From: Lama guanicoe
Taxonomy: Eukaryota
Direction of reading: 5' to 3'
Assembly: GCA_013239625.1 (NCBI GenBank)
Contig: MU054026.1
Coordinates: forward strand, 62,001-126,000
DNA length: 64,000 bases
Position numbers and translations under genes: made by a program. Below, in pieces: positions 1 to 14,380 of this stretch. Position 1 is the stretch's first letter. Each line of letters opens with the position of its first letter. The notes below the pieces were generated by a model. It was given only the letters and a program-made list of their open reading frames with translations. It made no database searches and was not told the origin of the DNA.

Positions 1-3000
1 CCTGACATTAGGACGCTTCACAGGCACTCATCTTGCTTCTTCTGGATGTAACCAAAGCAAACCCTGAGAACGTGCAGCAGTAAAGCTAGTCAGTGATGGG
101 ACTTCTCCAGGCTGTCTTTCTCAGTGCTGCAAACAGGTTCACTGGGGCATACGGGATCTCTGCTGCTGTCCTGGACATTGCCCTGAGCCCAAAGGCAGGA
201 AGCCACAGCCTCAAAGTCTTTTCCACATTTTCCCCATGTGGCCCCCAACCCCAAGCTCAAATCCTGCCCCATAAGGGACCTGGTAGATTTTACGTAAGTA
301 GCATGAGACCAGTGACAAGTGCAGAAACGATCGTATTAAACTGCACATGAACTGTCCTGGCAGAGAGAAAAAGAGTGACATTATGCCAATTGCAATGTGC
401 AGCGTTATTTATTTCAAGAACAAGGAGAGGTGATGAGGTGACCGTTCTGGAAAAATGTCTCATGTATGGTAGGGCACCTTGAGTCTAGGCAATTAGCATG
501 GGGGATGAACCTCCGTGGGCATAATACATGGTACATTCTTAAAGACGGTCTCAGATTTGTTTAGTTGTGTTCCCCATCTGTAAAAGGTTTTTGAGCACAC
601 ATCTCCTCTTTTTCATATTTATAAATTATACCTGTATACTATTACATGAATACATTATGAATATTGTAACACATCGACCACAAATAGAAATGTTTAAAGA
701 TGAAAGAAAGAGAGAAGGAAAAACTAAATAAGCCCTCATATTTCCTCCACTCCCAGTACGGAGTTTTATATACTCCCTGAAGAATGAGAACCCCACTATG
801 GCCATGGCTATTTTACGAAAAGTATAGCGAGTTGGAGATGTTACATTGAATGCATCAGTGACCTGACCAGCACCATCCAGCAAGGACAGGACTTACAAAT
901 CCTGTTTTTAAATTCCTACTCTACAGCTCAGAGTAAAAGTTGTCTCTGCAGCTGGGATGTGCACCGTTTGTGTCTCCCTTTACTGGCAGAAGTCAGAATG
1001 CACTTGTTCTGGATACCATGGTAGGTGTCTCACCACAACATCATAGAGAAATCGTCAGGATAGGCAACATTTCCCAGTCATCTGTGTCCCCTGGTTCTCT
1101 TGCCCACGTTCTTCCCATTCAGATTGCTTCCTTGGGGGGAATCACGGTTCCCATTCCTTCTTCTTTCTTTGCAGCTCCATCTCCTGAATCCCCCTCTAGG
1201 AAGATGCGGAGGGGCTGGTGGGGAAGAGGACCTCCAGGTGCCTTGGCATTTCTTGTTTCCATATAATAGGTACCTACTGAAACCAGCTAAAGGGCATCGC
1301 GAGCTGTCCTTGACTCTCCGGAGCACAAATAGCATTTATCTCTGGGCAGCGGGCAGCGCCAACACGGGTTTTTGTCAACCTGTCAATTTTTTTTTTCTTA
1401 AACAGAAAGCAGAGTTCAGTAAATAAAGATAAATGATTGTGCTCCTTCTCTGCAGACCCTGGAGCTAAACTGAACAGGCCTCTTATGGTTTGGCCCTGCT
1501 TCATTGACTGTTCAGACAGCCCAGTAACACGACAGATGTACCCAGCCGTTCCCTCTTCCCCGCTGTCCATTAGATTATGTTCATTTTGTCTGAGATGCCA
1601 TTAGAAGTCTCAAGGTCAAAGAAGTCACAGGGAAGAAAAGAGGATGACTAATTTTTTTTTCCTGCAGCCCTTCATTGCCCAAAGAGCCCCCAGACAGGTG
1701 GACTCCTGCTTTGTGAGGGGCACAGAAGGGGGGGTTTGCTCCATGCAATTTACTTGAAATAAAATGCAGGTGTGCAATTAACCCAGACACACTTCTGGCA
1801 ACCAGCACCGCCCAGCACTGGAAGTTTTATGTGAATCGGGGGGAATGTTATTTGGGATATTTTCCTAAATGACAACTAAGTGATTTGTTTGCAACGAACG
1901 ACATGTTGAGGAAGTTTGGGGAGCAGTGGGGGCCAGCATTTCATTACTTTCATTCTTTCTTTTTTCTTTTTTTTTTTTAACTTTTAGGAAAAAAAGGTAC
2001 CAGGGTTTTGGTCCCAAACAGGGTTTCCCTTGGGATTTCTTGAGGAGATCATGCAAGCAGGGAATTTGTCCCTGCCTAGCAGCTGTGATTATGCACGTAA
2101 TGGTCCTTGAATTTATGTAGTGCATTACTCCTGAGCTCAAAGCACTTAGCGCACGTGGCCACATCATTAACACTTAGAATCATAGAATGTGAAAACTGGA
2201 AGTGGCTGTGAGGATGGCCTGCTACAACTCCTCCATAGACAGAAAAATATGCAGTAATATGCTATAATATGGGGTCCTTTACTTGACTCGTGCACGTGGG
2301 GCAGATCATCTTTCTAAATGATGACAGGGCTCACATTTTCTTCATCTCTAAAAGCCCCACAGCAACTGGCATGAGCCAGAGTGCAAGAGAAGAGAAACAA
2401 GCCATTGACTGGTAATTAGAATTATAGGGTTAAATAGTCAGAAGCTTAAAGACCACCTAATTTTCTCAGAAATCTGAGAGAAATGTCTGCCCCAATGTCC
2501 AGAAAGGGAGTGCACAATAGAGAAATATTCCACTACAGTTTCAACCCAGATCCACTCTAATTTATAAATATTTTGTGAGATTATAGATGAGGTTATTGTT
2601 TGAAAAAAATTCTCCACTACTTAAGGGTAAAAAAATAAAAAATCTCCCTTTAACATCCCCAAGAGATTTTCATTTAATTTTCCCTTAAGCAAGTGTGGGA
2701 AAAAACAGCAGAATTTAACTCCTGTTCTATTTCACCCTGTTAATTTGGGGCTGCATGAGGCAAAGTTAGAACCAAAAAGACAGAATGATCATATGCATGT
2801 TTCAGATGCCTCTCCTACCCCACTGCATTCAACAAGTCTCTACTGAACATCATGTTACGGTTACCATGGCATCGGAAGGCAGGCTGTGTTGAGTACCAGA
2901 TAATAAATGAGCTTTGAATGATGTATGAGCAGGAAAAATCCACAACATACACGAATAACTACACATTTCAGGATATAAGCACCAACAGGCACAGTTCAAA

Positions 3001-3569
3001 ACACAAGAGAATAAACAAAAGACAAATTAGGTGAAAAGAGGGAAATGTTAAAGTTTTACTTGTAAGGGACCGTAGATACCACTTCTTTCTCAGATGGGTA
3101 AGTGGGGGCTCAGAGGAATAATGTGATGTGCTCAAGATCGCCCAGCTCAGAAGCAGCATTCCTGCTACTGTCCCATGCGCCCCCCTCTAGTTTAGTGCCC
3201 TTTTGTACATTTTGCTCTCTCATTTAGACTGTGAAGAACTAGCCTCTGAGAAGAAAGCAGTGTTTAAACTAGGAAAGGACAGAAGAGAGCTCCTTCAGTG
3301 CAGGAGAAGAACCAAGATGCATGGCCATGACCAGCTCGACTGCAAAGGAAGTCAGATGATTGTAGAAGACAGCTCCAGCCAGCCACTGAGCACAATGACT
3401 GCATGAGGCACTATGCAAGATGCTGTGCAGGGAGCGATATGAAAATAAGCAAGTTATGCCAGTTCTGCCTTCAAGGAACCCTCTCTAGAGTGAGGGGTTG
3501 AGAAATACTCACAGACACCTAAACCCAAAGTACAGTGAGCACCATGATGGAGGGGCAATCACAGCGCGT

Positions 3570-4620
3570 GGTGGACTGCCAGCACCTGCACGAGACCGTC
3601 AAATCTCATCCAGTCTCAGCTCCTGCGTTCCAGACTCATCCACCCAGCTGCCTGCTGGCTTCTCCACCTGGATGTCTTCTGCTCTCTTCCGTAACCAAAG
3701 TCCAGAACTGAATTTATCACTGCCCCCCCCACTTCCTGCATCTTTCGTCCCCAGTTGTCCTCCTGAGTTTCTCATCTCAGCGACACATCTCAGTTTCCCA
3801 CCTTAGTAAATGGCAACACCATAGCAACCCCAGCTACCCAGTTATTCAAGCCAGAAATCTGTGAGTCTTTCTGGCATCTTCCCTCTTCTACACTCCTTCT
3901 ATTCAATCAATTCCTGGTGATGTTGCCTCTTAAATAGCTTTAAAACATGTTTATTTTTCTCAAGATTCACTGCCAGTGACCTAGTCCAAGATGTCATTAT
4001 GCCCTGAACCACAGTGCCAGTGTCTTAACTAGTCTCCTTAACGTTAGCATCTCCCCTCAATCCAGGATGCACATGAGAACCTAAATGATCGTTCTTTAAT
4101 TTACATCTAATTGTGTTTTCCTCTTACCATTGCTCTTAGGATTAAATACAAAGCTGCTTAATATGTTACAAAGGTTTTTGTTTTTTTCCCACTCTCCCCC
4201 TACTCATATCCCCAGCCTTATTTCCTACCAATTTTCTTTCCCTTTGTACTGCCCATCTTAATATTCCATTCATAGTGGGTTCTGCTGGATCCCTGCCTAT
4301 GCCATGTTTTATTCCCTTTGCCCATGCTGTTTCCCTGTTTGAATCTTTATTGTAGGGACAATACAGATACACATCCTTCAGGTAGCTAGCACCAATCCAC
4401 CTTCAGATTTCAGCTTAAATCCCACTTCCTCAAGAGTTTCCCTCACCTGGTTTCCATAGCATCCTATTTCTTCCATCATAATATGCACCACACTTCATAG
4501 TAATGTTTTTAAATAGCTGTCCTTCTCAAAGGACCAGAAGGTCTGACTTGTGCCCTGCTTTATCCCGAATGCTTAGAAAAACATACACACAAAGTGCTTA
4601 ATAAACATTGAATGATCACT
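3570..4620 (+). mobile_element. L2 LINE 3' fragment (ancient)
   Basis: Degenerate L2 motifs (ctccacctggatgtc; caagccagaaatctgtgagtc) ending in an L2-like terminus aagtgcttaataaacattgaatga. Boundaries approximate. Confidence 0.7.
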
Positions 4621-6189
4621 TGGTGACATCCAGAGCATTTAATCTCAGGTAAGCACATCTCCAAAGCTTTAAAGGAGGACACTCTTTAAGTGAAAGTTAG
4701 GTATGTTGGAAGCAATTTAAAAGGTTCTCATCCCAGCAGGCTGCTGCCACGTCTGGATCAGACCACAGCTGAGATTGTCGTTTTACTGAGCATTAAATTC
4801 ATTCACAAATGTTAATGGGTCTGAAAAAAAAATAATTGCAATGGTAACAAATTAGGGGCCTGCTACACTAACTAACTTTTCTCGATTAACACCGAATTCA
4901 CTTTGAAGAGCAGAAAAAGCCAAGTGAGCAGATTCCATAATTGCAGGACTTTATTTCCACTTTGCTGTAACTTTCCCAGTGAAACAGAACATAAAGGAAG
5001 CCTCTTGCAAATGGATAATTACACACCCCATCTCAGGATTATGAGATACTGTGTAACCTTTTCTCCTCCTTTTCTAATGTGACTGAGCACCATCATCGAG
5101 CTATTCTTGCCCTTGTGGGAAAAAAGCAGTTCGAGTCACTACTCCTATCTAATAGCGTGATTTCATGTTTATTAACATATGCCCATAAAATGTGTAATTT
5201 TTCAGCACCTGAAGGGACCATGTGGATCAGCTAACCCAAACTTCCATTTTAAAAAGCTGAAACTAAGGTCAAGAAAAGTTAAATGACTCCTTCTAACATG
5301 GAAATTCTGGGTTAAGGGAAACTTAAATCAAATGAACAGGAACAGCTGCCTCCATGGAGGAACAAAGTGCAGGGCCGTCCTGAGTGTGGGGGACAAGGCG
5401 GAGGGGAGACAGGGGTCAAACCAAAGGGAAATCAGTCTTTGATTCAGAGATCTGCTTGCTCAGTTCAGATGGTTTGAGAGAAACCATTATTTGACACTTA
5501 TCATCCTACACACACACAGAAAGGAAGACGCTGTATGGTTAGGAGCACAGACTATTGGATCACACAGACTTTCCTCCAAACCAAGATGAATCCCAGCGAC
5601 ACCATGATAGCATCTCTCGGGAAGGATGCTCCATGTCCCAGCACCAAAGTTTCACCTGTACCTCAAGCCTGGCTAACATTGGAGCCTGTCTCCATTACCA
5701 CAGTCAAAGTGTCCAGAATTAATCATGCATGTGGGCAAACTCCCAGCTCTGCAGTGATGGTCTTCCACATGGCTTCTCCCTTTCTTATCTAAGTGTTCAG
5801 AAAATTTTGAGTAACTTCAAACCTTTAGATTTAGAAACCTCGTCTCTCAGGCCTTCACTTTGAGTCTGGGTCGTGCCATTGTGAATGATTATTGAGGGTA
5901 AATTGCAGTTCAGTTATTTGGAATAATACAGATCAACCAACAAGTTGATTGCATCTTAACTTTTCAACGTATTTTTGTCGACGTCGTCCATTTTCCACGA
6001 TCAAGTAAGTTAGTTCATTTCTCTTACTAAACACAAAAACCCAAATCCCTTATAAACAATCAATGTATCAGAAGAGCCAGCAGTAAAATCCAAGGTTGAA
6101 AGACCCAGAAGAAGTCATCTTCTTCACTTAGCTGTCTAAGACAGCGAATTTTTTATCTTTACAAATGGGAATTCAACTTTGGAAACCTC

Positions 6190-7547
6190 TGATATCCCAC
6201 TGAAATGATTCTTGTCAGTCACCAATGACCATTACGTTGCTAATTCAATGATGAAACTTTAAGTTCTCATTTGGCCCCTCCTGGCAGCAGCATTTGACAC
6301 AACTACTTACTGCCTCTTCCTAGGAGTCCTTCCTTCCTTTGGCCTTTCAGTCACTGTTCTTTTATTTTACCTCTTCGCATACTGGCTACTGCTTCTCAGA
6401 TTCCTTTTCTATCTTCTCCTATTTTCCCAAACTCTACACATTGGGCTGCTCCAAGACTTACACTTTAGATACCTTCTTCATGTGTGCACGTGCTCTGAGT
6501 CATTGCATCCAGCCCTGTGGCTTTAAATACTGTCTAAATGCTGTTGGTTTGCATCCCAGACCTCTCTACTCAACACCATAATCTTATAACCAACGACCGT
6601 CTCAGCATCTCTAATTGGATGTCTGATAGGCAATAGACTTTACTTGTATAAAGTGATACTCTTGATTTCACCCCAAATCTGCTCCTCCTGCAGCCTTCTC
6701 CATTTTTGTAAGTGGTAGTTCTATTTCTCCATGTGCTCAGGTCTAAAAGCTCCATTCCTCTATTTAACTCATAACTTTTCTCTATCCCCAAGCTGATCCC
6801 ATTAGCTCCACTTTCAAAATAGGGACAGAGTATAACCATTTTTTTTCGACCTCCGAGTACAGTTTAGTCCAAGTTACCATCATTCCTTAGCAAGAACATT
6901 GCAATGCCTTTTTAATTGGTCTCTATACTTCTACCTAAAGAAACTCAAGTAATCTTTAAAGACTGAAGTCTGACCATAAGCCCCCATGTCTCAAATTCTT
7001 CTATTTCCTATTTCACCCAAGTAGAAGGCATGTCTTGCCATGGCCTGCAGGACTCCACATAATTGAGGTTCCATTACCTTACTGGGCACGCCTCCTATCT
7101 CCTTCTATTTCTTTGATGTGCTCAAGCCGTACTGGCTTTTCTGCTATTTTTCAAATGCCCTTAGTCCACTTCTGTCTCAAAACTTTTTCCCTTGCAATTT
7201 TCATGGCCAAGAAGACTCTTCTTCCAGATACATAAATGGTCCATTGCTTTTTCCCTTCCTTTTCTTCACTAACTTCCCCAAAATATTATCTCCCCAACTC
7301 TGGCTTCTTCATATGCTCATTTTTCTGCTACATTTATCTCCATTGCACTTGTCATCATCTGATTTACTGTCTATTTATTTATTTATTATCTGTCTTTCCT
7401 CATCAACTCTACTAGAAGGTAAGTTCTATATAAGCAAGAAATTTATTTTTTTCCACTGTTAATCCTCAATACCTAAAATACTGCCAGGGATGTAGTTGGG
7501 TATGCAATAAAAGTTGTCATATTTGAATACATGAATGAATGAATGGT
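6190..7547 (+). mobile_element. L2 (L2a-like) LINE 3' fragment
   Basis: L2 motifs cagcagcatttgacaca, catccagccctgtggctttaaatac and catctctaattggatgtctgataggca, with the characteristic terminal (tgaa)n repeat at ~7531-7545. Confidence 0.8.
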
Positions 7548-8689
7548 AATTGTATCAAATAAATGTAATTTGACCTTGAAAAGAACATGCCTACCTTATA
7601 GTGACACTGCAAAGAGCCATGGAAATTGGGACCCAAATTATTAGTCAAGATATCAGTGGTGTAATTTGAGGAATATTGAGCAAGATTTTCAGGCCAAGGA
7701 GAATCTTGAATTGAATGGCATTGAGGTTTAAATTTTATCTTTATGTGTTAAAAGCCCAGGAAAAAATATATCTCATTCATGAAGTGAGTGAAAATGGAAG
7801 CAAAAACTGACATGTTGCCATGTCTTCTGTTTGGCTTAGCATTTCACATACCATAATCAGAAAAATAAATAAATAGAAAGGTATCTAATTTCACTCACCA
7901 AAATAAACTCTTAACGTTTTTCCATAAATGTGACTCTTTGCTAAAAAAAAAAAACCCTGCTTTTACCATGCTGATGTGTAAAGATGAGTCATGATCTTTG
8001 TGAACATGATAATTATATGAGGCAATTGCCAATTCTTCACCATCATTCCAAGGTAAATGTGAGGATCTTGGTTAATTTAGCATGTTGTTTTTATCTTTTA
8101 AATATTTGAATGCTTTTTTGTTTGTGTGTTTGTTTTTTAGTGAGCACTTCTGAAGTCTGATTCTCTTTGTAAGTAAATGCTTCCTTTTCCCTTCTCCGAA
8201 TCATTCTATAATCAAGCACAGGTGATCAATGCGATCACCATCAGTTCCTCCTCTGAAACTTCAGCACCCTGGTCAGTACAATACAATTAGTGCTTCTGAT
8301 ACCTAATGATGCACTTTCTGATAATATTTACTATAATTCGATGTATTTCCATCACAGTGTTAACATATACTAGCTACACAGTAAATATTTATTTGTTTAC
8401 ATGCACTATGGTATTCTTTAAACAGACCAGGATTTAGAAGTTAAAGGAATTCCATTAACATCCAGAGCATGCTGCTTATTAGCTGAAAAATCTTGGTCAG
8501 GCAGCTTAATCTCTACATTTAGAATTTCTCATTATTGAGATAATGATGCCCGTCTTCATTCACAGGGCCCGGTGAGTAGAAGCCATTCACGTGAAGTTCA
8601 GAGCCCCATACCTTGGACATTGTAGATGCCTCTGCTGTTGGCTGAATCTGAATCTGAGTTAATCTCCCCTAAGATTGCGGTGTCTGGAG

Positions 8690-8845
8690 CCTGAGTTTTC
8701 AACCATGGCCATGTGGTAGAATCTCTGAACAGATTTCACAAGGCACTGGTGGTTCTCTGGCCCCACCATAGATTAATTCCATTCTCAGGAGAGAATCAAG
8801 TATTGGGTACTTTTTCAAAGCTTTCCAGGTGATTCTAATGTACAG
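8690..8845. mobile_element. MER5-like hAT-Charlie non-autonomous DNA transposon
   Basis: Ends with aagctttccaggtgattctaatgtacaggcaagggtgagaaccacag, the typical MER5A/B terminus. The left end gttttcaaccatggc is a degenerate inverted counterpart. Confidence 0.7.
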
Positions 8846-8859
8846 GCAAGGGTGAGAAC

Positions 8860-9085
8860 CACAGTGTTGTAGTCAGTCTGCCTAAATTCAGATCTCATGC
8901 TATGTGACTATGGTCGAGTCAGTTAATCTCTCTAAGCTCTAGTCTCCCAATCTGTAAAATGGGATTAATAATGGTACCTTCCTCATAGGGTTGTTATGAG
9001 GCTTCAAAGAGGTCAACCATGGTGAGTGCTTAAAATATCATTTAGTACATGCTTAAAGCTCAATAAACTATACTAGTGTTATTAA
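8860..9085 (+). mobile_element. MIR SINE
   Basis: MIR core: ttaatctctctaagctctagtctcccaatctgtaaaatgggattaataatggtaccttcctcatagggttgttatgagg ... gctcaataaa. Confidence 0.85.
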
Positions 9086-10659
9086 TAAAAATAATCTCTA
9101 TTTCATTTCTCTCAAAGACAGGGGCTGTGCCTTGTGTCCATTTCTCATCACAGAGGTCATGTAACCAATGCATGCTCCATTCATGAGTGAAGACCAGTCA
9201 GAGCCTCCTTTTGGCTATGTTACAATGTGTGACCCCACAGGACAGAATTTTAATGTAAACCATTATCTACATCCACTCACAGCTCCGAGAAGATCAGTTG
9301 GGAACCACTTAGGGCAAGACCTGGGAAATATATAAGAATTGGAATATCACAAAGGGAAACGAGATTATAGTGCAACGTCCTAATTTTGTCCTTGGCTGCA
9401 CTTAGTGGGGAGCAAATGGAAAGGGAAGAGAGGGAAGCATTTAACATATTTAAATTATGGAAAAGAGCAATTTGAAAGAATCCCAGTCTTCAAGACAAAT
9501 GCAATACCAATATGAGGTAGGGAATCCCTGTAAATTTATCTGTGCCCTTTGACATGAAGACTGAGTGTTTCTATTATATAAGTAAAACATTAACAAGATG
9601 ATATTAAAAACCCAGTGGTGATCTACATTTTAATCTTCAGAGCAAAACTTATTAAGAGGGACACACTGTCTAATGACTAAATGATGTTTTCTTCATTATA
9701 TTGGCACTTTACAAATTCAGAAAGGAACACTTACCTCACATCATTTGTTTTCCTTGGACAGTTCCAAAAAGAAAAATGCCAAATAAGAATATTCTTGTTA
9801 CTCTCTAGAATTTTCATTTGATATTCAATAGGAAGATTAATATGAGGAGGTGGAAAATAATTTCTCTTCACCTATTTGATATAGTTTACTTTTATTACCC
9901 AAGCTCTTTACTGAAAATTCAATAGACTGCTTATAGTCTACCATTTAATCTATGAACTTTGCATTCTGTTCATTCCCACTCTGACTACATAATACAAGGA
10001 AGGAGGTTTTTCAAAAAATGAATTTGTAGCAACAGTAACTAAGTTGACATACGGTGAATTGTTCTATTTTCTGACATCTTTTATTGAAAAAACATGATGC
10101 TTGCTACATTATAGTAGTGATGATGATTATTTCCAACATATTTAATAAAGTGCTTTAGATTTGACTATTTCTATTAAATTAACCAGATGGTGATAGCATA
10201 TAATTTCACCCAAAAAGTGTACATTAATTATTAACAATAAATGTAGGGCAAAACACCAGACTTCAGTAATATAATTGCACATCTGCAAAGGAGATTGTAG
10301 ATGATTTGAAAATGCTAATTCTGTGATTAATCTTCCATTTGGCTACTGAGCAGCCGAAGTCATGCAAACAAGAATGCTAGGATGAATGATGAAGTATCCA
10401 GAATTCAAGATGGATTCTGATCTCAGACAGCAGAAAGAAACTGGTAAGCAAGAGAAAGTTCCCACCAAAGAAGTGTCCTTTTATCACAGAACCATTTTGA
10501 GAAAGATGTGTTCTGTCGTCTTTATTTGAGGCATCTGTCCTTGGAATCACATAGAAAACCCTTCTTCTTTCTTTCCAAAGATTTCAAATCCACCATCTTT
10601 TAACCTCTTCCTTCACAGAATTATCATTTTCACATAGCCTGAAATCTTGTTTCCACAAT

Positions 10660-11300
10660 ACAAGGAAGGCTATCCCCTTTTATTTCAAAACTGTGGCACC
10701 TTCATATCTGAAATACAGCATGCAATGTTGGCACTTCACCCCAAAGAAGGTATGACAACAATGGGAAAGTTTCAAATAATCAAGTGCACTGATGAAGGAT
10801 CTTCTATGGGAGAATAGACTGGGAGACTGGATTGATTAAGGACTGTTCAATCCACAACAAAAGACAGAAGGGAAACACAACCGAAGTCTTGACTACTACA
10901 GACAATGAGCAGGTCAACTCCACGTTAGACAAGCAAATCTCAGACATCAAGAACATTGATAATCAAGAAAAAAAAATCACATTGTTCGCCTTTGTAAATA
11001 GACATAAAATATTTTATAGCTTAACAAAGTAGATTGGTGGGGGCAAATTTAAAAGGTCCACTTTATAGAAGTTCCTAATCTTTACAACCCAAGAAGGAAC
11101 ACATATTGAAAGCAAATATATGTAGATGTATATGAACTGAATAGCTTTGCTGTACAGCTGAAACTAACACTGTAAATCAGCTACACTTCAATAAAAAATA
11201 AGAGTTCAAAAAATGTAAAAAGAGAAATTTCAGAAAGTTTTTATCCTCACTCCCAGAGAATACATTCATAATGAGTTATGAGCTATTTTAGGAGAATAAT
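10660..11300 (+). mobile_element. CR1/L3-family LINE relic, interrupted by a short L1 3' end
   Basis: Degenerate match to the CR1 ORF2 C-terminal region (catatctgaaatacagcatgcaatgttggcac...aagaaggtat...ggactgttcaatc) and 3' region (acccaagaagg...aaata|agagttcaaaaa). Confidence 0.5.
11118..11200 (+). mobile_element. Very short 5'-truncated L1 (3' UTR end only)
   Basis: tatgtagatgtatatgaactgaatagctttgctgtacagctgaaactaacactgtaaatcagctacacttcaataaaaaa resembles the L1 terminus at ~38970-39050. Confidence 0.8.
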
Positions 11301-11464
11301 CAGCTAAAGATTATAATAACTTACTTTTATAAGACAGTGTGTGAACACCTTAGCCTCTACCAGTTAGAAGGGGTATTCAACAAAGTCCCTGTAGTTCCTG
11401 CTCAGGATAGATCTTAACAATAATCACAGTCAAAAAAAATTGGCAAAACTTTGGGGTGACTGAT

Positions 11465-14380
11465 AGAAAAGGAGAGAAGACTAAAATTACTAAACTCCAG
11501 AGTGAAAAAGAAGACATGACTGCCACTTATGAAAAAGGATTATATCATTATTAACAATATACTAAGGGCATAATATGTACAATTTTATGTCAACAAATTA
11601 GCTAACCTAGATAAAATGAACGAATTCTTAGAAAGAAAAAAACTATTAAAACTGACTTAAAAAGAGATAGAAAATCTGAATAGACTTGTAACAAATAAAG
11701 AGAGATCGAGTCAGTAATCGAAAAACTTCCCACAATGAGAATAAAGCTCAAGAACAGGTGGTATCACTGGTGAATTCCACCAAACACTTAAAGAATTAAC
11801 AACGACCCTTTATGACTCCTGCAAAACCAGAGGAAGAGGAAAAACATACCAATTCATTCTGAGGCCAGTATTACTCCAATACTTAAACCAAACACAGATA
11901 TCACAAGGAAAGAAAACCACAAACCAATATCCATTAAAACATAAAACATCCATTAAAACATCCATTAAAAGTCCTCAACAAAACATTAGCAAGCCAAATT
12001 CAACAACATGTCCAAAAAGCATTATCCACAATGACCAAGTGAGACTTTTCCTAAGAGTGTAAGATTAGTTTATCATATGAAAACCGATCGGTTTAATACA
12101 TAAGGTTAACAGAATAAAGGGCAAGAAAACATAACAGAATAAAGGACAAGAAAACATAATAATCTCAATCGATGTAGAAAAAGGATTTAATAAAATCCAA
12201 TACCCTTTCATGGTGAATACACTCAACAAAATAGTAATAAAAGGAGACTTTTTCAACTTGATAAAATGTATCTATGAAAAACTCATAATCAACATCATAC
12301 TTAATCGTGAAGCCCTCACAGCTTACCCATTCAGATCAGCAACAAGATAAGGATGTCCACTCTTACCACTCGGTTTAATGTTGCATTGTATCTACTGGCC
12401 AGAGAAATTGAAGAACAAAAAGAAATAAAAGGCATTCAGATTAGAAAAAAAAATAAAACTATATTTGCAGGGGCAGGGGACATAACCTGGTATATACAAA
12501 ATCTTCCTGAACCCATCAAAAGATATAAAACCTCTTAGATTCATTTTAAAAGTTCAACCAGGTTGCAAGACACAAGATCAACATACAAAAATCTATTGTA
12601 CTTCTATTCATTAAGAAAATAATTCCATTTACAATAGAATCAAAACAATAAAATATTTAATAATAAATATAACAAAAGAAGCTTAAGACTTGTACACTGA
12701 AAACTGCAAAGCATTGTTGAAACAAATTAAAGAAGTCTTAAATAAATAGAAAGATATCCTGTATTCATGGATTGAAACACTCAATATTGTTAAGATGAAA
12801 ATACTCCCCAAATTGGTCTACAAATTCAAGGCAATCCCCATCCAAATTCCAACTGATTTCTTTGCAGAAATTAGCAAGATAACCCTTAAGTTCATATGGA
12901 AATTCAGTGGCCCAAGATAGATCAAACAATTTTGATAAAGAAGAAAAGGTTAGACGACTCACACTTTGATATTTCAAAACTTACCAAAAAGTTAAAGTAA
13001 TTAAGACAGTTTTGTACTGGCATAAAGGTAAACACAGAGATTAACAGCAAAGAATTAAATTCTTACATTTATGGTCAGAAATAAACTCATATTTATGATT
13101 ACTGATTTTCAAAAAGGGTGCCAAGACAATTCAAAGGGGGAAGAACAGTGTTTACAGCAACAACAAAATGAACTTGGACCCACCATCTCACATCACATAC
13201 AAAAATTAACTGAAAATGGATTGTAAATCTAAATGTAAGAGCTAAAACTATGAAACCCCTAATAAGAAAGCATAGGAGTAAGTCTTTGTGAACTTGGAAC
13301 TTTGGGAACTTGGTCTTTGAGATATGATATGACATCAAAAGCACAAGCAACAAAACATGTAGATAAATCAGAATTCATCAAAATGGAAAACTTTTGTGCC
13401 TCAAGGGACACCATTAAAAACTGAAAAGGCAACCCAAAGAATCCCAGAAAATACGTGCTAATCACACCTGATAATGGTCTAATACCCAGAATGTATAAAG
13501 AACATTTAAAACTCTTCATATGATAAAAAGACAGACAAATAACCCAACTGAAAATTGGCAACACATTTGAAGACCATTCTCCAAAGTAGATATGCACAAA
13601 AATAAGCACATGAAAAGATGCGACACATCATTAATCAACAGGAAAATGCATAGCAAAAGCACAGTATGACTCCTCTTCACTAGGGTGTAGCTACAACCAA
13701 AAACATGGACAGTGATTGGTGTTCATGAGGATGCGGAGAAATTGGAACACTCATTCATCGCTAGAAGGAACGTACAATGGTGCAGCCACTTTGGAAAATG
13801 GTCTGTCAGCTACTCAAAAAGTAAATCCAGGTAGCATATGACTGGGAAATTCCACTCCAGAAGAATTGAAAACACACGTTCACACAAAAATATGCATATA
13901 AATGTTCATAGTAGCGTTACTCATAACAACTGAAGAGTGGAAGCAACACAAGTGTCTGTTAATTGCTGCATGCATAGACAAAATGTGGTCTATCCATATA
14001 ATGGAATAATATTTGGTAATAAGTATGGACTTAGTACTGATACATGGTACATCATGGATGAACCTTGAAAACATTATGCTAAGTTTAAAAAAAAAAGCCA
14101 GCACAAAATTACATGTAAGTATGATTCCATTTATATAAAATGTTTAGAAGAGACAAATCCAGAGAGACAGAAAGTAGATTGGTGGTTATCAAGTGCTGTG
14201 GAGAGGGGGCACTCGGGAGGGACTGCTAATGAGTACAGAGTTTCTTTTTAGGGTGATGGAAATGTTCTGTAATTACACAGTGTTTTGCACAACCTATGAA
14301 TATATTAAAAACCACTGAATTGTATACTTAGAGTGGGTGAATTTTATGGTATGTGAATTATATCTCAATAAGAAAAAAAT
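11465..14380 (+). mobile_element. Old 5'-truncated L1 (L1MB-like), degenerate ORF2 plus 3' UTR
   Basis: ORF2 remnants (e.g. [18 protein letters not shown] in ORF 12353-12538) with many stops and frameshifts. The 3' end actgaattgtatacttagagtgggtgaattttatggtatgtgaattatatctcaata is typical of older L1MB. Confidence 0.9.

Noticed and set aside
90..2173. Dense overlapping ORFs of 60-108 aa
   Set aside because: No recognisable domain, many begin at non-ATG codons, and there is no consistent exon structure; expected by chance.
10355..10450. Possible plus-strand coding exon ending ctg|gtaagc (MMKYPEFKMDSDLRQQKET)
   Set aside because: Weak acceptor, no recognisable protein, and no partner exons found.
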